A DNA stretch of 51,737 nucleotides, the filler included, from Squatina squatina (lineage: Eukaryota): the NCBI GenBank assembly GCA_031763465.1. It is 3 parts of 3 records of this genome, joined end to end, with 100 filler letters (N's around TTAATTAATTAA, not from the genome) between each part and the next. Parts side by side here need not be neighbours in the genome. Positions count along the whole stretch, not along the records: positions 30,621 to 51,737 come from JARFOE010000001.1; 2 more parts are not named here. One strand, given 5' to 3'. Both the position numbers and the translations under genes were made by a program. The stretch's first letter is position 1. Each line of letters starts with the position of its first letter. The notes under the pieces were generated by a model. It saw only the letters and a program-made list of their open reading frames with translations. It did no database searches and was not told the origin of the DNA. Of the stretch, positions 46,956-51,737 are shown piece by piece.

Positions 46956-48080
46956 TGCATTGTATCATTCATTAATTATCAGTCTCTGCTAATACAACCC
47001 TGCAACCATCATTAAGGATGTAGGAGAACAGNNNNNNNNNNCAAATTCCAAGTTGCCTTCTGTCACTATGGAGAAGCACTGGACTTTCCCTTGCTGCTTC
47101 CTAAATTTCTTGGCTAAGATAAGGAACATACTGTTGGGGAATCACAGAGAGAAGCTTGCACTTTATCCTGTAACTGGTTTCAATCACTCATAGCTCCATT
47201 ATGTAGAAACATAGGGGTAGAAGTTGGTTTGTGTGGTGCCTGATTTTTGTGGATAAAAACAGGCATAAAGCATGCCAATTTTGCAGTGGCATGAGTGTGT
47301 TCAATCTGCGCAGATGTTGGTCCCACTTTTAAACTCATGAGGCACAATTGTTAGGCGTCCCAATTTGCACACTTAAATNNNNNNNNNNGATAAGGGCTAT
47401 GATAATGTTAAGATATAATACATTGGCTTAAACTCTTGATTTTCCCCTAAATTTTATTGTACTGTATGTTCTTATAATAGTGACAGTGTATATTATTGTG
47501 AAATATTTATGAAATATTTAATAAATATATCTTAGTAAAAGAAAATTCTTTATTTTTATGTGAGTAGAGGCAAGGGAACAATTCCAATTGTAATCTTAGT
47601 AGTGAAGGGAGTGAACCACTGATGCAAATAGGACTGAGGGGTGCAAAATGATTAGAGTTTCTATAGAATAACAAATTAAATTAAAATGATTTCAAAACCT
47701 CAAATCATGTCTGACTATGTTACTGTTACTTGTATTTTTATAAGAGAAACGAACCGGCTGATACATGAGATGAAGGTACTGACCTGACTATGCTTAAGTT
47801 AAATTTATTATGTGAAAATAATTAGCAAACAGTTTCAAATCTAGGGAAACCTTGAAAATGAGATGTGACAGATTTCTGGGAAGAACTACACTATAGCCAA
47901 TTAGGCTAATTTGACAGCAACATTGTTGGAATGGCAATTTCTTTACAAATCAATGAACCATGAAAGAAAATTGAGTACAGNNNNNNNNNNNNNNNNNNNN
48001 NNNNNNNNNNNNNNNNNNNNNNNNNNNNNNNNNNNNNNNNNNNNNNNNNNNNNNNNNNNNNNNNNNNNNNNNNNNNNNNN

Positions 48081-48324
48081 GTGCTATAGCACCACTGGGT
48101 CCCCGGCCTCCTGTGATGGGCCCAGTTGCGATGGCAGCAGTCAGTGCTTGCGTGGCATCCAGCTGAGACTGCCGGAGGGCAGAATCCTCACGGATGGCAG
48201 TGACCACTTCCTGCATGGCATTCGCAACCCTATGCAGCATCACATTCTGAGTCTGCCTGAGAGCAAAATGGTGGCTCCCGCCCCTTACGCGTGCTAAACA
48301 CGGTGCCAGGGAATTTCGGGCCCC
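48081..48324 (-). mobile_element. Harbinger-derived fragment with terminal inverted repeat
   Basis: Ends GAATTTCGGGCCC, similar to the TIRs at 5801-5814 and 24700-24712. The minus-strand helical peptide HRVANAMQEVVTAIRE...DATQALTAAI may derive from the Myb/SANT-like ORF (inference). Confidence 0.45.
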
Positions 48325-50584
48325 TCATGTTTTCTCTTCTGCAGTTATATGTAAACTGTGGCCTAATTTCCAAGAAGAAAATCTGTTTGAGTATCTTGCA
48401 GCAGAAAAAATAATCAACTACTCATTTTGGAATAACAAAGCTGTTTCTAAACAGGAAAATCTCTGCTCACTTGCTGAGTTGATATTTCACAGCAGATACT
48501 CATTTATTTTCCTGCTTCTAGAGAGAGGATACTATAAATCCATTGCAAGTTACTCCGTGGATCAAATGGAGGGCTGCGAACCAGGACATCAGCTAGTCAC
48601 TAATTATTTGCCTTAACCATTTTGACAAACATTATAGATACATATTTTCAACTTCAACCTCTGGTGGTAATTATATCTGTACGAGTATCTTAACACCTAG
48701 ATTTCCTGCTGTTTGCAGGTCATGGAAATAACTCATTATTCTATCAGGATTACAGCTCACTAATCTCGACACCTATATTTAATTAAAATCTTGGCTGTGA
48801 GTAATTGATATAAGAGCCCATCAAGCATGTAAGCCATTTTATTTCTTTTACTCTCCATTTTGACTCTGCTTATCTCATTATGAGAATTAAATACACATCT
48901 TTTGTTGCACATTTTGCATGGAAATATTGTCCAACATGTTATTTTTGTGCTAAAGCTTTGCAGGTTGATTGATTTTCTGTTGCTCTGAGAAGATGTGACA
49001 GTTCAATTTGCTGTAACATTCTCAGAAAGTGGTTCTGTTACATTTGGCATTTTTCACTACTCACTAATCCTCATCTTAACCAGTATTTGAAAATCTTTTA
49101 GAAATCTAATATTGAACTGAGTATTTTTATATTGATTTTTCAGCTTCTGCCATCAGCAAGATATTTTTCAAATAACACAGATCCATTNNNNNNNNNNNNN
49201 NNNNNNNNNNNNNNNNNNNNNNNNNNNNNNNNNNNNNNNNNNNNNNNNNNNNNNNNNNNNNNNNNNNNNNNNNNNNNNNNNNNNNNNCTTTAATATGCCA
49301 ACCTTTGAGCTTTTCAGTCAGCTATTTTGCTCATATTAAAATGAACAACTGTTTTCCCCTAAAACAACGCTGATAGTCATCATTATTGAGAGGAAGCTGG
49401 CTTAATTCTTCAGTTGAAGGTGACAGTTTGCAATTGCTTTTCATTGGTTTTTCTCAGATTTGTGCTGTGTGCTTCTTTAGATAAATGTGTTAGTGCTGCT
49501 TTCTAATTGTGCAATTCTCCTGTGTCTAGAATCTGTACTCATTCAGAATGGAATTATCACCAACTACAGGGACCCAAAGAAATTCCTAGCATTTAGATGT
49601 TCCATTTATTTACAGCGACTTATAGGAGCATTCAAACTTGAGTAGACAAAGGGAGTAGTATTGAGCTGACCCTTGGTTCACTTTTTAATTTGTTACTTCT
49701 TGAGGAGGGGGAAGAGATGGATTTTTGTGCTCGTTCTGGTAAGTCTTGGGGAATGGAACATTTTCCCCCTTTTTCACCTTATTTCATTATCCACCACTCC
49801 TTGTGGCTCTCTGAGCAAGACTGCAAAATAATGCCAATATAATTAGGGTAAGGGTTCCTCTGTTTGCCATTTTTAGCAAGTTCATAAACACATTCTTTTA
49901 GAATGCTTTTGTGCTTTTACTGGAAATTATAAAAAAGGAAATTTTCCTGCTATGTACAATCTTGCAAACGCATAATGCCGAAAGGAAATCTTCCTCCAGG
50001 GTGTCATGTACTCCCAAATTATGGGCAGCTTTGCACTATGAATTCAAGCCCAGTAGGAGCTGCACTGAAGCGGCCCAAATTGCACCACCCTTATACTTCG
50101 ATTTTAATGCTACATCCACATTACTACGATCATAAATGCAGCACCAAATTCTGAGCCTGGAGCTGCCAGTACTGTCATGGTGGATTAGCATTACATCGGG
50201 TGCAGTTGTTAACTCTGCTGCTACTTGATTAGTTCATTCTGAAATTTCTCATACTGGGGTAGGAATGCTTACAGTTTCTTTTGGNNNNNNNNNNNNNNNN
50301 NNNNNNNNNNNNNNNNNNNNNNNNNNNNNNNNNNNNNNNNNNNNNNNNNNNNNNNNNNNNNNNNNNNNNNNNNNNNNNNNNNNNCCCAAAGTGGGAATGA
50401 GCTGGTTGTATTCTCCAGAGCTTAGGACTGCTGAGACCCAATGTTGTCCGTCAGAACAATTATGGGGGTTGATCAGCAGAGTACCTCGTACATGCCTGGT
50501 CTGTACAGCTCATAATACACTGGGCAGTAAGTGTACCTACTGAGTCATCAAGGCAGCTCCAGTTAATAGGAGTAAGTCATGCAC

Positions 50585-51520
50585 CATAGGAACATAGGAA
50601 TTGCTAGATTACAAAATACCATGGCCCATTTAGTTTGTCTTCTACCATTTTGGTAGTTGCATGATACTATGATAAAGGAGTTGTTGACTAATTATTGCAA
50701 TCAATCTCCAATTAGTCTACAAGAGCCCCAGACATGACTTGAAGAAAACCCAGGTGGTGCAGAGATTTGGGAACAATAGGTCTAAAGTCACCTGTTCCTC
50801 CCATATGTCACACCTCAAATTACTTNNNNNNNNNNTCCCAAATGTTATTTTCTGAAAGAAATCTAATTTGCATTTGAATTCATCAATACCAACGGTTTCC
50901 ACCATCTCCCTGGTGAGCCTGTTCCATAGTTTGACCACTCATTCACTGAAATTCTGGTTTTACAGATTAGTTATGAATTTGTCTCCTTCTAAGCACAAGT
51001 AATGTCCTCTGGTCCTACTGTTCTGGACAAGGTGAAACAGCTCGTCATGGTCTACATTATCTAGTCCCTTTAGAATCCTAAAAATAGCAAATCATGTCAC
51101 CTTNNNNNNNNNNAATCTTCCCCTTTCCAGTGAGAACATGCCCAATTTACATAATCGCTCCTCATAATCCAATCCCTGAATCATTGTGCTTTCTCTCTCC
51201 TGTATCCTTTCAATAGCTGCAATATGCTTTTTACACTCTGGCAATCAGAATTGTACACAGTACTGTAAGTGCAATCCCAATGATTTATAAACAGGCAGGT
51301 TTAGCTTACTATTTCGGCTCAATATTAAACTTTTAATACATCCCAATATCTGATTTGCTTTACTCACTGCCACCGAGCACTGGTGCGATAGCTTCAATTT
51401 ATTGTCAAATCAGGACCCCCAGATCTCTCATTTTCCATGTATATTATTTTCTTTCCATTAAAATAGGGATTTTTTGTCCTTATGTGAAGCACTTTGCATT
51501 TCTCTACGTTGAATTTCATC
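50585..51520 (-). mobile_element. CR1 LINE 3' ~0.9 kb, decayed
   Basis: Reversed tail CATAGGAACATAGGAA; minus-strand peptide MVKLWNRLTREMVETVGIDEFKCKLD; CAGAATTGTACACAGTA (YCVQF); TTGCATTTCTCTACGTTGAATTTCAT (MKFNVEKCK). Confidence 0.8.
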
Positions 51521-51569
51521 ATAAGTGATATTGGTTTACTGGATACCATTAAGTAGGGGGATATAAGCA

Positions 51570-51737
51570 TTAGCTCATCCGCTGCTGAAACCCTTGTCCA
51601 TGCCTTTGTTACCTCGAGACTTGACTATGCAAACGCATTCCTGTCTGGCTTACCACATTCTACCCTATGTAAACCTGAGGTCATCCAAAACACGGCTGCC
51701 CGTGTCCTAACTCGCACCAAGTCCCACTCACCCATCA
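51570..51737 (+). mobile_element. L2 LINE ORF2 C-terminal fragment, truncated by the window end
   Basis: Encodes SSSAAETLVHAFVTSRLDYANAFLSGLPHSTLCKPEVIQNTAARVLTRTKSHSPI. Confidence 0.9.

Overview
This is eukaryotic, vertebrate genomic DNA, most likely from a cartilaginous fish (shark or ray); the organism call is an inference from the repeat families and the GPR139-like receptor type. It is not one locus. Two artificial spacers (N44-TTAATTAATTAA-N44 at 16101-16200 and 30521-30620) join three probably unrelated scaffolds: 1-16100 (gap-free), and 16201-30520 and 30621-51737 (many 10-N and ~100-N gaps). I found no intact protein-coding gene, tRNA, rRNA or CRISPR array. Recognisable content: (1) a two-exon GPR139-like GPCR pseudogene (13508-14904, minus) with a 46-bp hairpin minisatellite upstream; (2) many decayed retroelements (CR1, L2 and RTE LINE fragments, Deu-type and other tRNA-derived SINEs, and Penelope-like terminal repeats with minimal hammerhead-ribozyme motifs); (3) a decayed PIF/Harbinger transposase and several MITEs, including an hAT-type MITE with an array of NRF1-like sites; (4) a CpG-island-type promoter running into a 412-N gap. 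Almost all ORF-track entries are spurious or repeat-derived. I could not support a previously undescribed multi-gene system. The best leads are the hammerhead-bearing repeats, the hairpin minisatellite, the NRF1-array MITE, the hidden promoter and a few candidate conserved non-coding elements. Family names come from remembered consensus features, not database searches, and repeat boundaries are approximate.
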